From the NCBI RefSeq assembly GCF_020885515.1, contig NZ_AP024987.1:1170001-1202000 (forward strand): a stretch of DNA of 32,000 bases. The letters are read 5' to 3'. The translations under genes and the position numbers were made by a program. The notes under the pieces were generated by a model. The model saw only the letters and a list, made by a program, of their open reading frames with translations, had not been told where the DNA came from and searched no databases. This DNA is from a cyanobacterium endosymbiont of Braarudosphaera bigelowii. GTDB taxonomy: Bacteria; Cyanobacteriota; Cyanobacteriia; Cyanobacteriales; Microcystaceae. Positions 1 through 8,924 of the stretch are shown piece after piece (the stretch's first letter is position 1; each line of letters starts with the position of its first letter).

Positions 1-182
1 TTCAATCTTTTACTTGATGTTATTCTTAATATAAACATATTTATTAAACTAAAGATTATTACTTATTTAATACATTAAGAATACTACCTAAATATGGCAA
101 AGAATTATTTATAGTCTTATTTAGTATATAAAAGAGTTAAATAAAATTAATTTATAAACTTTTAACTTATAAAAAAATAGTT

Positions 183-668
183 TTAACGGAACAGGTTACT
201 AGATGACTTTGGGTAGAAATTTACAATAAATAATAAAATAATACCAAAATTGATTGAAATATCAGCTAAATTAAATATTGGAAAATTAATTAAACGAAAG
301 TCCAAAAAATCCACCACATATCCAAAGAAAAATCTATCAACTCCATTACCAAGAGCCCCTGCTAGTATAAAACCATAGCCTAACTGCTCAAGCACCTTCA
401 TCTTTTCCCCAAATAAAGATAATACTATTAATCCTATACTTATTCCTAGGGAGATCCAACGTAACCAGATTACTCCTCCCTCAAAGAAACTAAAAGCAGT
501 TCCGGTGTTTATAACATAAGTAAAATGAAAAATTCTAGGCAAAAAAGGAATTGTATCTCCAATTTCAATAAATGATTTCATTACCCAATACTTACTAATC
601 TGGTCTAGTAGTAAATTGCTAAAACCGATTAGCCAAAACCATATATTTTTTTTTAGAATGTTATTCAT
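183..668 (-). CDS. lspA: Lipoprotein signal peptidase (signal peptidase II)
   Basis: 161-aa ORF with multiple hydrophobic segments. Carries conserved SPase II motifs NTGTAFSFF, GNGVDRFFFGYVVDF and FNLAD. Its start lies 5 nt downstream of the bioY stop on the same strand, so co-transcription is likely. Confidence 0.9.
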   Translation of the reverse strand: MNNILKKNIWFWLIGFSNLLLDQISKYWVMKSFIEIGDTIPFLPRIFHFTYVINTGTAFSFFEGGVIWLRWISLGISIGLIVLSLFGEKMKVLEQLGYGFILAGALGNGVDRFFFGYVVDFLDFRLINFPIFNLADISINFGIILLFIVNFYPKSSSNLFR

Positions 669-673
669 ATTTG

Positions 674-1249
674 CTAATAAAATAGAATATGACGCAAAAT
701 AAAAGCTAAAAAAGCTGTAGCACAGGCTATAATTAATTGTGAAAAGATAGAATCAATAGAATAATTCATCATAAGATTTAATAAATCTGGTGTTGATAAG
801 GCCAGAGGCTTTAGCATCCAAAAAATAAATAAATAAGTCAGACCAAAAATATGTATAGCTAGCAAACCACTTATTGTACTCATAAGTAAAATTTCTAATT
901 TGGTTTTATATTTAAAAGATAGCCATCCACATAGCCAAGCTCCAGGAGCAAAGCCCAAAATATAACCGAAAGTAGGGTCTCTAAAGTATTGAAGACCTCC
1001 CCCATTAATAAAAATGGGATATAAAAAAAGTCCTAGTAGTAAATAAGAGATTTGTGATAGGAATCCTGCATTTTTTCCTCCCATGCACCCTGTTAATAAA
1101 ACAGCTCCTATCTGAAGAGTTATACCTAAAGACAGATGACTAACATCTTCTCCTCGAAAATTCCAAGCTATACTTGCTTCAGCAAAAACGCTAAAAATTG
1201 TTAATAATAATCCAATTATAGTCCAAAGTAATTCATTAACAAAAAGCAC
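674..1249 (-). CDS. bioY: BioY-family biotin transporter (ECF S-component)
   Basis: 191-aa polytopic membrane ORF. The segment PTFGYILGFAPGAWLCGW matches the characteristic BioY G(Y/F)LxGF region, and size and topology fit BioY. Confidence 0.75.
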   Translation of the reverse strand: MLFVNELLWTIIGLLLTIFSVFAEASIAWNFRGEDVSHLSLGITLQIGAVLLTGCMGGKNAGFLSQISYLLLGLFLYPIFINGGGLQYFRDPTFGYILGFAPGAWLCGWLSFKYKTKLEILLMSTISGLLAIHIFGLTYLFIFWMLKPLALSTPDLLNLMMNYSIDSIFSQLIIACATAFLAFILRHILFY

Positions 1250-1525
1250 AATTAATAAATAGTATTTATATATCTTAATAATTTTATATCTTTATGTATA
1301 GGGTTCACAAATAGTTGGAGACTATCCACCACAACTTATCTCTAAATCAATTTTAGTATAATTATTTATAACAGTAGTAAAAGTACCTTCTTATAAGATT
1401 ATGATATCTTTTTTGTTCGAAATATTGACGATTCTAGCCATTGCTTGGAGTTTTTAAACTTTTGACATAGTTAGTATAGTAATACGGTAAAATGTAATAG
1501 TTATCTATTCTTAATCATAGATTCA

Positions 1526-2077
1526 ATGACAATTGAGCGACAAAAACTGGATCATTCTTTATTAAATATTCATCATTTAGGAGATAAAGATTTACGTAAG
1601 TCTGCAAAACGAATTTCCAAAATTGATGATTCTATTCGTCAACTAGCTAGAGATATGCTACAAACTATGTATAACTCTAATGGTATTGGTTTAGCTTCCA
1701 CTCAAATTGGTATTCATAAGCAATTAATTGTTATTAATTGTGAACCTGAAACCTCTACCAATACCCCTTTAATTTTAATTAATCCTAAAATTAATTATTA
1801 CTCTCAAGAATCATGTGTTATGGAAGAAGGCTGCTTGAGCATTCCTGGTGTATATCTTGATGTAACTCGTCCTGAAATGATTCAAGTTTCTTTTAAAGAT
1901 GAATATGGAAAACCTTGTCAAATAGAAGCTAGTGATCTATTGGCAAGAGTAATTCAACATGAGATTGACCATCTTAATGGTGTCATGTTTGTTGATAGAG
2001 TCAAAAATGATCTAGATCTGACAACAAAGCTTCAAGAACAAGGATTTAATAGAGAATCTGTAAAATCTTTGAAGTAA
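1526..2077 (+). CDS. def: Peptide deformylase
   Basis: All three deformylase motifs are present: GIGLASTQ, EGCLSIPG and QHEIDHLNG. Length is 183 aa. Confidence 0.95.
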   Translation: MTIERQKLDHSLLNIHHLGDKDLRKSAKRISKIDDSIRQLARDMLQTMYNSNGIGLASTQIGIHKQLIVINCEPETSTNTPLILINPKINYYSQESCVMEEGCLSIPGVYLDVTRPEMIQVSFKDEYGKPCQIEASDLLARVIQHEIDHLNGVMFVDRVKNDLDLTTKLQEQGFNRESVKSLK

Positions 2078-2223
2078 AATAACAGAAAGGCTATTTTTAT
2101 TAAAATTCTCATAATTTTAAATAGCTATTATATATAGAATTAACCATCATTTAAGAAAATAAAAATTTTATTATTAATACTTACCCTATGAATCCTTTAT
2201 CAAGACTTCTGTAGTTCTTTCAG

Positions 2224-2267
2224 CATTTTAATTAATATAGAAAATCATTCCTATATTAATTAAAATG
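2224..2267 (+). terminator. Perfect 17-bp inverted repeat hairpin with T-rich tail, probable def terminator
   Basis: cattttaattaatatag (2224-2240) is the exact reverse complement of ctatattaattaaaatg (2251-2267), with a 10-nt loop. It is followed on the + strand by tttcttttat. It lies between the convergent def and trpS genes. Confidence 0.5.
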
Positions 2268-2341
2268 TTTCTTTTATACAATACAATCAAAATGATTAAC
2301 CGTAAAAAAATTATAAGTGTAAGCAACTTAAAGGTTGATAT

Positions 2342-3352
2342 CTAAATCGAAGATAAATATCCTAAAGAATGTTTAACTTTAGTTAAAGTTTCATTTGCAA
2401 TAGTTTCAGCTCTATTTTTACCTTCTTTCAATACTGAATCTAAGTAATATTTATCATCTATAATTCTGTGATACTTTTCTTGTATCGGCTTTAATGCTTC
2501 AACAGTTGTATCAATTAATAAAGGTTTGAATTGTCCCCATCCCATACTATGACATTCTTGAAATACTTCTTGTTTTGTTTTTTCAGATAAAAGTGCATAT
2601 AAGTTTAATAAATTATTACATTCTGGACGCTCTTTGTTGTCAAATTCCAAGCCCTTCAAAGAATCAGTTTTACAGCGTTTAATTTTTTTCTGTATCAGAT
2701 CAGGTGAATCCAATAAATTAATTCTGCTTAAATCAGAAGAATCAGATTTTGACATTTTAGATCTCCCATCGCTTAAACTCATAACTCTTGCTCCTTCAGT
2801 TTTAATTAAAGGTTCAGGAATATTAAAAACTGGATTTTCTAAAGTAGCAAATTTGCTATTAAACCGTATCGCAATATCTCGAGTTAATTCTAAATGTTGT
2901 TTTTGATCTTCTCCAACAGGAACATGACTAGCATTATATAATAGTATGTCTGCTGCCATTAGTATAGGATAATTTAATAACCCAACGCTAACATTTTCTC
3001 CCTGCTTAATAGCTTTTTCTTTAAATTGAATCATCCTCTCTAACCAATTCAAAGGTGTAATGCAATTAAGTAACCAAACAAGTTCACTATGAGCAGAAAC
3101 ATGAGATTGAACGAAAATTGTAGAATCATTCAAATCAATACCGCAAGCCAAATAAAGAGCTGCGATAGAATATGTATCTTTAATTAGAGTTTTTGGATCA
3201 TGAGGAACAGTAATGGCATGAAGATCTACTACACAAAAAAAGTTTTCATACTTTTGTTGCAAACTCACCCAGTTACGAATTGCTCCCAAATAGTTTCCTA
3301 AATGTAAATTACCTGTAGGTTGTACTCCTGATAATATACGTTGTTTAAGCAT
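2342..3352 (-). CDS. trpS: Tryptophan--tRNA ligase
   Basis: 336 aa with a class I signature GVQPTGNLHLGNYLGA (HIGH-type) and KMSKS. Length is typical of bacterial TrpRS. Confidence 0.95.
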   Translation of the reverse strand: MLKQRILSGVQPTGNLHLGNYLGAIRNWVSLQQKYENFFCVVDLHAITVPHDPKTLIKDTYSIAALYLACGIDLNDSTIFVQSHVSAHSELVWLLNCITPLNWLERMIQFKEKAIKQGENVSVGLLNYPILMAADILLYNASHVPVGEDQKQHLELTRDIAIRFNSKFATLENPVFNIPEPLIKTEGARVMSLSDGRSKMSKSDSSDLSRINLLDSPDLIQKKIKRCKTDSLKGLEFDNKERPECNNLLNLYALLSEKTKQEVFQECHSMGWGQFKPLLIDTTVEALKPIQEKYHRIIDDKYYLDSVLKEGKNRAETIANETLTKVKHSLGYLSSI

Positions 3353-3611
3353 TAAAGTAATATTGTAAATTAGTTATTATAACTTCTTTAAGATTATGAC
3401 CGATTATGTAATTCATGTAAAAGAATTTATATTCTATGTCGATATGGATTATTTTGGAATATTTTACTTAGGCTAGATAAAAAATTACATCGAGGAGTAT
3501 ATAGTAAACGATAAATTTGTAACTAAAAAAGATAAACAACAAAATATTCAAAAAATCAATGTGTAAAACTTGATGCAAACAATGTTTAACATAATATTAC
3601 ATTTAGAAATA

Positions 3612-3652
3612 ATAAAAATTAATAAATGAAGTTTTTATTTATTAATTTTTAT
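3612..3652. repeat. A/T-only perfect 15-bp inverted repeat in the trpS/metK divergent spacer
   Basis: ataaaaattaataaa (3612-3626) is the exact reverse complement of tttattaatttttat (3638-3652). Pairing extends inward (t-a, g-t wobble, a-t, a-t) to leave a 3-nt loop. Confidence 0.6.
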
Positions 3653-3857
3653 GAGATTGATTTTTAATATTAATCTTTGTAAAGATCTAGTATTGCTAAT
3701 TACTAAAAATGAAATCTTTTAGTCACTACTTTTTATTCATTTTAACTATACTGTTACTAAAAATATACATAAAAATTTCCTAATTCGAAGCTTAAAGTGT
3801 ATGATTGTGCTTTAATAAAAACTTAATTTACATTACTATTTAGAGAGGTAAGAAACA

Positions 3858-5105
3858 TTGTCTCGTAGTTACCTATTTACTTCTGAATCTGTTACTGAAG
3901 GTCATCCTGATAAAGTCTGTGACCAAATATCTGATACCATTATCGATACCCTACTTCATCATGATGATCAAAGCCGGGTAGCGGCCGAAGTGGTAGTAAA
4001 CACGGGGTTAGTATTAATCACTGGAGAAATAACCTCTCAGGCTAATATCAATTTTGTTGAACTAGCACGTAAAAAAATTGCAGAGATTGGATATACTAAT
4101 GCCGATAATGGGTTTTCTGCAGATAGTTGTTCAGTTTTAGTGGCTTTAGATCAACAATCAGCCGATATTGCACAAGGAGTGACTCAAGCTCATGAACAGC
4201 GAAAATCGTCTAGTGATGATGATTTAGATAAAATTGGGGCAGGTGATCAAGGGATTATGTTTGGTTATGCCTGTAACGAGACTCCCGAATTAATGCCCTT
4301 ACCAATATCTTTAGCTCATCGTTTTTCACGTCGTTTAGCTACTGTCCGTAAAATAGGTGAACTACCCTATTTACGTCCTGATGGAAAGACACAAGTATCT
4401 ATAGTCTATGAAGATGGTATCCCCGTAGGAATTGATACTATTCTCATTTCCACTCAACATGACGAAACTATTGGTTTATTAACTAACAATAATGATGTTC
4501 AGAATAAAATAAAGTCTGATCTATGGGATACAGTGATATTACCGGTTCTCAAAGAGTTTAATATTAAATCCTCAGACAGCACTCGTTTTTTAGTCAATCC
4601 TACTGGAAAATTTGTTATCGGTGGACCTCAAGGTGATGCAGGCCTGACTGGTCGTAAAATAATTGTAGACACTTATGGTGGCTATTCCCGCCATGGTGGA
4701 GGAGCCTTCTCTGGAAAAGATCCTACTAAAGTGGATCGCTCTGCAGCTTACGCTTGCCGCTATGTAGCGAAAAATATTGTAGCCGCAGGTCTGGCGGATA
4801 AATGTGAGGTTCAAGTTAGTTATGCTATTGGAGTAGCTCGTCCAGTCAGTATCTTTATAGATACGTTTGGGACCAGTAAAGTAGATGAAACAAAGCTGTT
4901 AGAAATTATTAAAGAATTATTTGAATTACGTCCTGCAGGTATTATCCAAAACTTTAGATTATGTCAGTTACCCTTGGAAAGAAATGGTCGTTTTTATCAG
5001 GATACGGCAGTGTATGGACATTTTGGCAGAGATGATTTAGATCTACCTTGGGAATTAACTGATAAAGCAGCTATGTTAAATCAGGCTTTTGCCATTAATG
5101 TTTAG
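3858..5105 (+). CDS. metK: S-adenosylmethionine synthetase
   Basis: 415 aa. The N-terminus [19 protein letters not shown], plus GAGDQG and [16 protein letters not shown] motifs, identify MetK. The start is TTG at 3858: an in-frame TAA sits at 3849-3851 and there is no upstream ATG. GAGAGG lies 9 nt upstream. Confidence 0.95.
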   Translation: MSRSYLFTSESVTEGHPDKVCDQISDTIIDTLLHHDDQSRVAAEVVVNTGLVLITGEITSQANINFVELARKKIAEIGYTNADNGFSADSCSVLVALDQQSADIAQGVTQAHEQRKSSSDDDLDKIGAGDQGIMFGYACNETPELMPLPISLAHRFSRRLATVRKIGELPYLRPDGKTQVSIVYEDGIPVGIDTILISTQHDETIGLLTNNNDVQNKIKSDLWDTVILPVLKEFNIKSSDSTRFLVNPTGKFVIGGPQGDAGLTGRKIIVDTYGGYSRHGGGAFSGKDPTKVDRSAAYACRYVAKNIVAAGLADKCEVQVSYAIGVARPVSIFIDTFGTSKVDETKLLEIIKELFELRPAGIIQNFRLCQLPLERNGRFYQDTAVYGHFGRDDLDLPWELTDKAAMLNQAFAINV

Positions 5106-5193
5106 TAACTTTAGATTATCGCGACTATTTAATTCTTCTTTTATTTATAAAATAATCAAATAGTCATCATAACTTTCTTAATACAATCAAAGC

Positions 5194-5239
5194 TTTAATT
5201 GTATTAATCATAAATAAATTAATGATTAATACAATTAAA
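5194..5239. terminator. Perfect 18-bp inverted repeat hairpin between convergent metK and rsmH
   Basis: tttaattgtattaatcat (5194-5211) is the exact reverse complement of atgattaatacaattaaa (5222-5239), with a 10-nt loop. There is no clear U-tract on either strand, so a terminator role is inferred from position only. Confidence 0.45.
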
Positions 5240-5419
5240 ACTGGGAAATAATTAGTATGTTTCATAGTTAGCATATATTCTATATAGTTTAATCTATTTA
5301 TGAAAAAGGATACTAAGTAGCTATGTACACTAGATTTATTTAGATAAAAACTATCTCAAAAAAATATAGAAAAATCTAAGTTTTACAGGTTTAAAATCAT
5401 ATAGTGTGCTCATAGTTTG

Positions 5420-6316
5420 TTAAAGATCTTTTCGTTTTGCAAACCTCAATTTTGCAGAACGGGAGCGTCGATTATGTTTTTTCTCCTCTTGTGTAGGAAT
5501 AATAGGTTTTTTATTTATCACATCAAGTAAATATGAATTGCGAAAAGTGTGCTTAACAATACGATCTTCAAGACTGTGAAAACTAATAATTCCAATATTT
5601 CCTTGAGTTTTTAACCAAGAAGGTGACTCTTCAAGAAATTTTTCCAGAGAAGTAAGCTCATCATTAACAATAATACGTAGAGCTTGAAAGACCCGAGTAG
5701 CTGGATGAATACGCCCATAACGATACTTGGAAGGAAATACTTTAGAAATTGCTGAAGCTAAATCAGTAGTAGTAAAAAACGGACGATTTTCTACTAAATA
5801 ACGAGCAATAGAACGAGAGCGTTTTTCTTCTCCATATTGATAAAAAATATTTGCCAAGGTCGTTTCATTCCAATGATTAATAACTTCCCCCGCAGTGAGA
5901 GACTGCTGGCGATTCATTCTCATATCTAAGGAAGCTTCATGACGAAAACTAAATCCTCGTTCTGGATTATCTAATTGAGGAGAACTGACACCTAAATCAG
6001 CAATAATACCATCAAACTCTCCAGCTTTTCCTGGATAATCTACAAAATTTCCTGCCCATGTTTGTAAACGTTGTCTCACAGAAGAAGACATATTAGTTTT
6101 AGTATTTAAAATTGCATCATTGTCTAAATCAATACCAACAACTTGAACATCAGGAAAAGTACTTAGAATTAAACTGCTATGTCCTCCCCTTCCAAGAGTA
6201 GCGTCTAAGTATTTACCACCAGGTTTAATAGCCAAACCTGCTATAAGTTCTTTAGATAGTACAGGTATATGGACGTCAGAAAAAAAATGTTTTTCAATTT
6301 GTGTGATATTTATCAT
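5420..6316 (-). CDS. rsmH: 16S rRNA (cytosine1402-N4)-methyltransferase RsmH/MraW
   Basis: 298 aa. HIPVL near the N-terminus, the SAM-binding [10 protein letters not shown], and [11 protein letters not shown] are all characteristic of RsmH. Confidence 0.92.
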   Translation of the reverse strand: MINITQIEKHFFSDVHIPVLSKELIAGLAIKPGGKYLDATLGRGGHSSLILSTFPDVQVVGIDLDNDAILNTKTNMSSSVRQRLQTWAGNFVDYPGKAGEFDGIIADLGVSSPQLDNPERGFSFRHEASLDMRMNRQQSLTAGEVINHWNETTLANIFYQYGEEKRSRSIARYLVENRPFFTTTDLASAISKVFPSKYRYGRIHPATRVFQALRIIVNDELTSLEKFLEESPSWLKTQGNIGIISFHSLEDRIVKHTFRNSYLLDVINKKPIIPTQEEKKHNRRSRSAKLRFAKRKDL

Positions 6317-6481
6317 AACGAAATTTTTTAGTAGTTATCAGGAACTTATAACACTCAAAATAATTCAAAAAAAAAGAAATTCCGCGGAGATCCAGTTATC
6401 ATTATGAATTTGACGGTTCAACGTATGGTGTTTGTTCACTTTTGTTTTTTAAATTTGAACAGGATTTTGCCCCGTTTTCTT

Positions 6482-6889
6482 ATGTCTAGCCTAGTAGGAC
6501 TGCTTGGTATTCTTTACGGATGTAGTTTAGCCTCAACTGTTTCTTCTTCTCCCTCGCAGTCAGTCGTTAGATTTAGTGACAAAGATATCACTAATTATGC
6601 CCAAATTGTTCTAAAAATTGAGGATCAGCGCCAAATTGCTTATCAGAAAATTGAAGAAATAACAGAAGGTTTACCACAAGAAATTAGCTGTGACCAGTCA
6701 GACACTCTAAAGCAATTACCTAATCAAGCTCAAACTATAGCAGTTAAGTTTTGTAATTTGTCTAAGAAGATAGCTCAAGATAGTGGTTTATCTTCTAATA
6801 GATTTAATAGGATAACTGAAAAAGCACAAAAAGATACAACTCTAAGAAAAAGAATTCAGAATGCTATGATTCGAGCTAGACTGCCTTAA
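6482..6889 (+). CDS. DUF4168-like secreted or periplasmic protein of unknown function
   Basis: The ORF track starts at 6404. I prefer the internal ATG at 6482 (MSSLVGLLGILYGCSLAS), which gives a signal-peptide-like N-terminus with a possible lipobox Cys. FSDKDITNYAQIVLKIEDQRQIAYQKIEEI resembles the cyanobacterial DUF4168 repeat. The family assignment is from memory only. Confidence 0.6.
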   Translation: MSSLVGLLGILYGCSLASTVSSSPSQSVVRFSDKDITNYAQIVLKIEDQRQIAYQKIEEITEGLPQEISCDQSDTLKQLPNQAQTIAVKFCNLSKKIAQDSGLSSNRFNRITEKAQKDTTLRKRIQNAMIRARLP

Positions 6890-7378
6890 TCAAGATAATA
6901 ATAAGAAATTACTAATATTAATCATTCCTAAAACATAAAAGAAAGCATATTTTTTATACTTACAACAATAATTTTTATGAATTACAAAATATTAATTTTG
7001 GAAAAATAAAAATCTAGAATCTATTTGATTAAAAAAGAAAGATTTTGTTTCACATCTTTAGCCTAAGACGATTTATTTAATCGAGATACTTTAAAGATAT
7101 CCAAAGATAAGAGTTTTAACAAAATACTCTGATCTAAATTATTTTTTTAATAAATGTCGTATAGATTTATTAAAAATTTTCAAAATTTAACAATCAAATG
7201 AAATCTTGATATCAATAATAATTTTTTCGTAAGATTAATTAAGATTATATTTAGAGAATACATATTTAGGAAGAGTAAAGTTTACACTTATCACTGGTGT
7301 TACTGAAAAACACTTTAATAGTAAAATATAATTGTAATTTTCCTAATCTAGATAACCCGTAGAGTGAGTAAGAATTGT

Positions 7379-8800
7379 ATGACAAAGCGAACCTTTGGTG
7401 TCATTGGCTTAGCGGTGATGGGAGAAAACCTCGCCCTTAATGTTGAAAGTCGTGGTTTTCCAATTGCTGTCTATAACCGCACAGCAAGTAAAACAGAAGA
7501 ATTCATGAAAACTCGGGCCCAGGGCAAAGATGTTAAGGCGGCCTATTCATTAGAAGAGTTTGTAAAAGTTTTAGAACATCCTCGTAAGATTTTAGTAATG
7601 GTTAAAGCCGGGAAACCTGTTGACGCTGTTATTGAAGATTTAAAACCCCTTTTAGAGAAAGGAGATATGATTATCGACGGTGGTAATTCTCTTTTTGAAG
7701 ATACCGAACGTCGTACTCAATATTTAGAATCAACAGGACTTGGTTTTGTTGGTATGGGTGTTAGTGGTGGTGAAGAAGGTGCATTAAAGGGTCCTAGTCT
7801 AATGCCTGGAGGTACCAAAGCTGCTTATCAAGAATTAGAGCCTATTCTAACTAAGATTGCAGCGCAAGTTGATGATGGTCCTTGTGTTACATTTGTCGGT
7901 CCTGGTGGAGCGGGGCATTATGTCAAAATGGTTCACAATGGAATTGAATATGGCGATATGCAGTTGATTGCAGAAGCCTATGACATTATGAAAAATGCAC
8001 TTGGACTCAATAATCAAGAATTACATGAAGTATTTGCTAAATGGAATACTACTGATGAGCTTAATTCTTTCTTAATTGAAATTACTGCAGATATCTTCAA
8101 AAATATTGATCCAGAAAGTAACAAGGCCCTTCTTGACTTAATTTTAGATTCTGCTGGACAAAAAGGTACAGGTCGTTGGACGATAGTAACTTCTTTAGAA
8201 TTAGGAGTTCCCATACCTACAATGTATGCAGCTGTGAATGCACGAGTAATGTCCTCCTATAAAGACGAACGAGTATCCGCTTCGAAACAATTAACTGGCT
8301 CTACTACCGAATTTAAAGGAAATGTTAGTGAGTTTGTTGATAAAGTAAGAGATGCTCTTTATTGCTCTAAAATATGTTCATACGCTCAAGGAATGGCTTT
8401 AATTGCTAAAGCTTCTAAGGAGTATTACAATGGCGAGATAAGCTTACCAGAATCATCTCGTATTTGGAAAGGTGGTTGTATTATTCGAGCTGGTTTCTTA
8501 GATAAAATTAAGAAAGCTTTTGTTGATAATCCAAACTTACCTAATTTACTTTTAGCTCCTGAATTTAAGCAAACTATACTAGATCGTCAAGATGCTTGGC
8601 GTGAAGTTCTTGTATTAGCCAGTCAAGCAGGAATACCAGTTCCCGCTTTTAGTGCCTCTTTAGACTATTTTGATAGTTATCGCCGTGCAGATCTACCTCA
8701 AAATTTAACTCAAGCACAACGGGATTATTTTGGAGCTCATACATATGAGCGTATCGATAAACCTAGAGGAGAATTCTTCCACACTGAGTGGGCTTCATAA
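7379..8800 (+). CDS. gnd: 6-phosphogluconate dehydrogenase, decarboxylating
   Basis: GVIGLAVMGENLALN (NADP fold), GGNS and HNGIEYGDMQLIAEAY motifs identify Gnd. The ORF is open from a GTG at 7364, but ATG 7379 (MTKRTFGVIGLAVMG) gives the canonical N-terminus. Confidence 0.95.
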   Translation: MTKRTFGVIGLAVMGENLALNVESRGFPIAVYNRTASKTEEFMKTRAQGKDVKAAYSLEEFVKVLEHPRKILVMVKAGKPVDAVIEDLKPLLEKGDMIIDGGNSLFEDTERRTQYLESTGLGFVGMGVSGGEEGALKGPSLMPGGTKAAYQELEPILTKIAAQVDDGPCVTFVGPGGAGHYVKMVHNGIEYGDMQLIAEAYDIMKNALGLNNQELHEVFAKWNTTDELNSFLIEITADIFKNIDPESNKALLDLILDSAGQKGTGRWTIVTSLELGVPIPTMYAAVNARVMSSYKDERVSASKQLTGSTTEFKGNVSEFVDKVRDALYCSKICSYAQGMALIAKASKEYYNGEISLPESSRIWKGGCIIRAGFLDKIKKAFVDNPNLPNLLLAPEFKQTILDRQDAWREVLVLASQAGIPVPAFSASLDYFDSYRRADLPQNLTQAQRDYFGAHTYERIDKPRGEFFHTEWAS

Positions 8801-8820
8801 TTCTTCTTTTAATATAGACT

Positions 8821-8866
8821 TATAAATAAAATCCCTTTTTATAAATAAAAAGGGATTTTATTTATA
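8821..8866. terminator. Perfect 20-bp inverted repeat, probable bidirectional terminator between gnd and the GTPase gene
   Basis: tataaataaaatcccttttt (8821-8840) is the exact reverse complement of aaaaagggattttatttata (8847-8866), with a 6-nt loop. The core stem atccc/gggat is flanked by T-rich sequence when read from either strand. It starts 21 nt after the gnd stop and ends 58 nt before the convergent gene's stop. Confidence 0.6.
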
Positions 8867-8924
8867 GGAGTTAAATACTGATATAGATAAACTAATTTAA
8901 TAGTATGTGGCTATAAGCTTTAGA

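Noticed and set aside
1323-1329. DnaA-box-like sequence tatccac, with a second ttttccac at 14411-14418, suggesting a possible oriC
   Set aside because: These are isolated single partial boxes about 13 kb apart. There is no cluster, no dnaA or dnaN nearby and no AT-rich unwinding-element arrangement.
2634-2906. 90-aa + strand ORF inside trpS
   Set aside because: It is fully antisense to a strongly supported trpS coding region and has no recognisable motifs. This is a typical shadow ORF.
4590-4814. 74-aa - strand ORF inside metK
   Set aside because: It is antisense to the conserved MetK C-terminal domain and is a shadow ORF.
8014-8214. 66-aa - strand ORF inside gnd
   Set aside because: It is antisense to gnd and has no features of a real protein.
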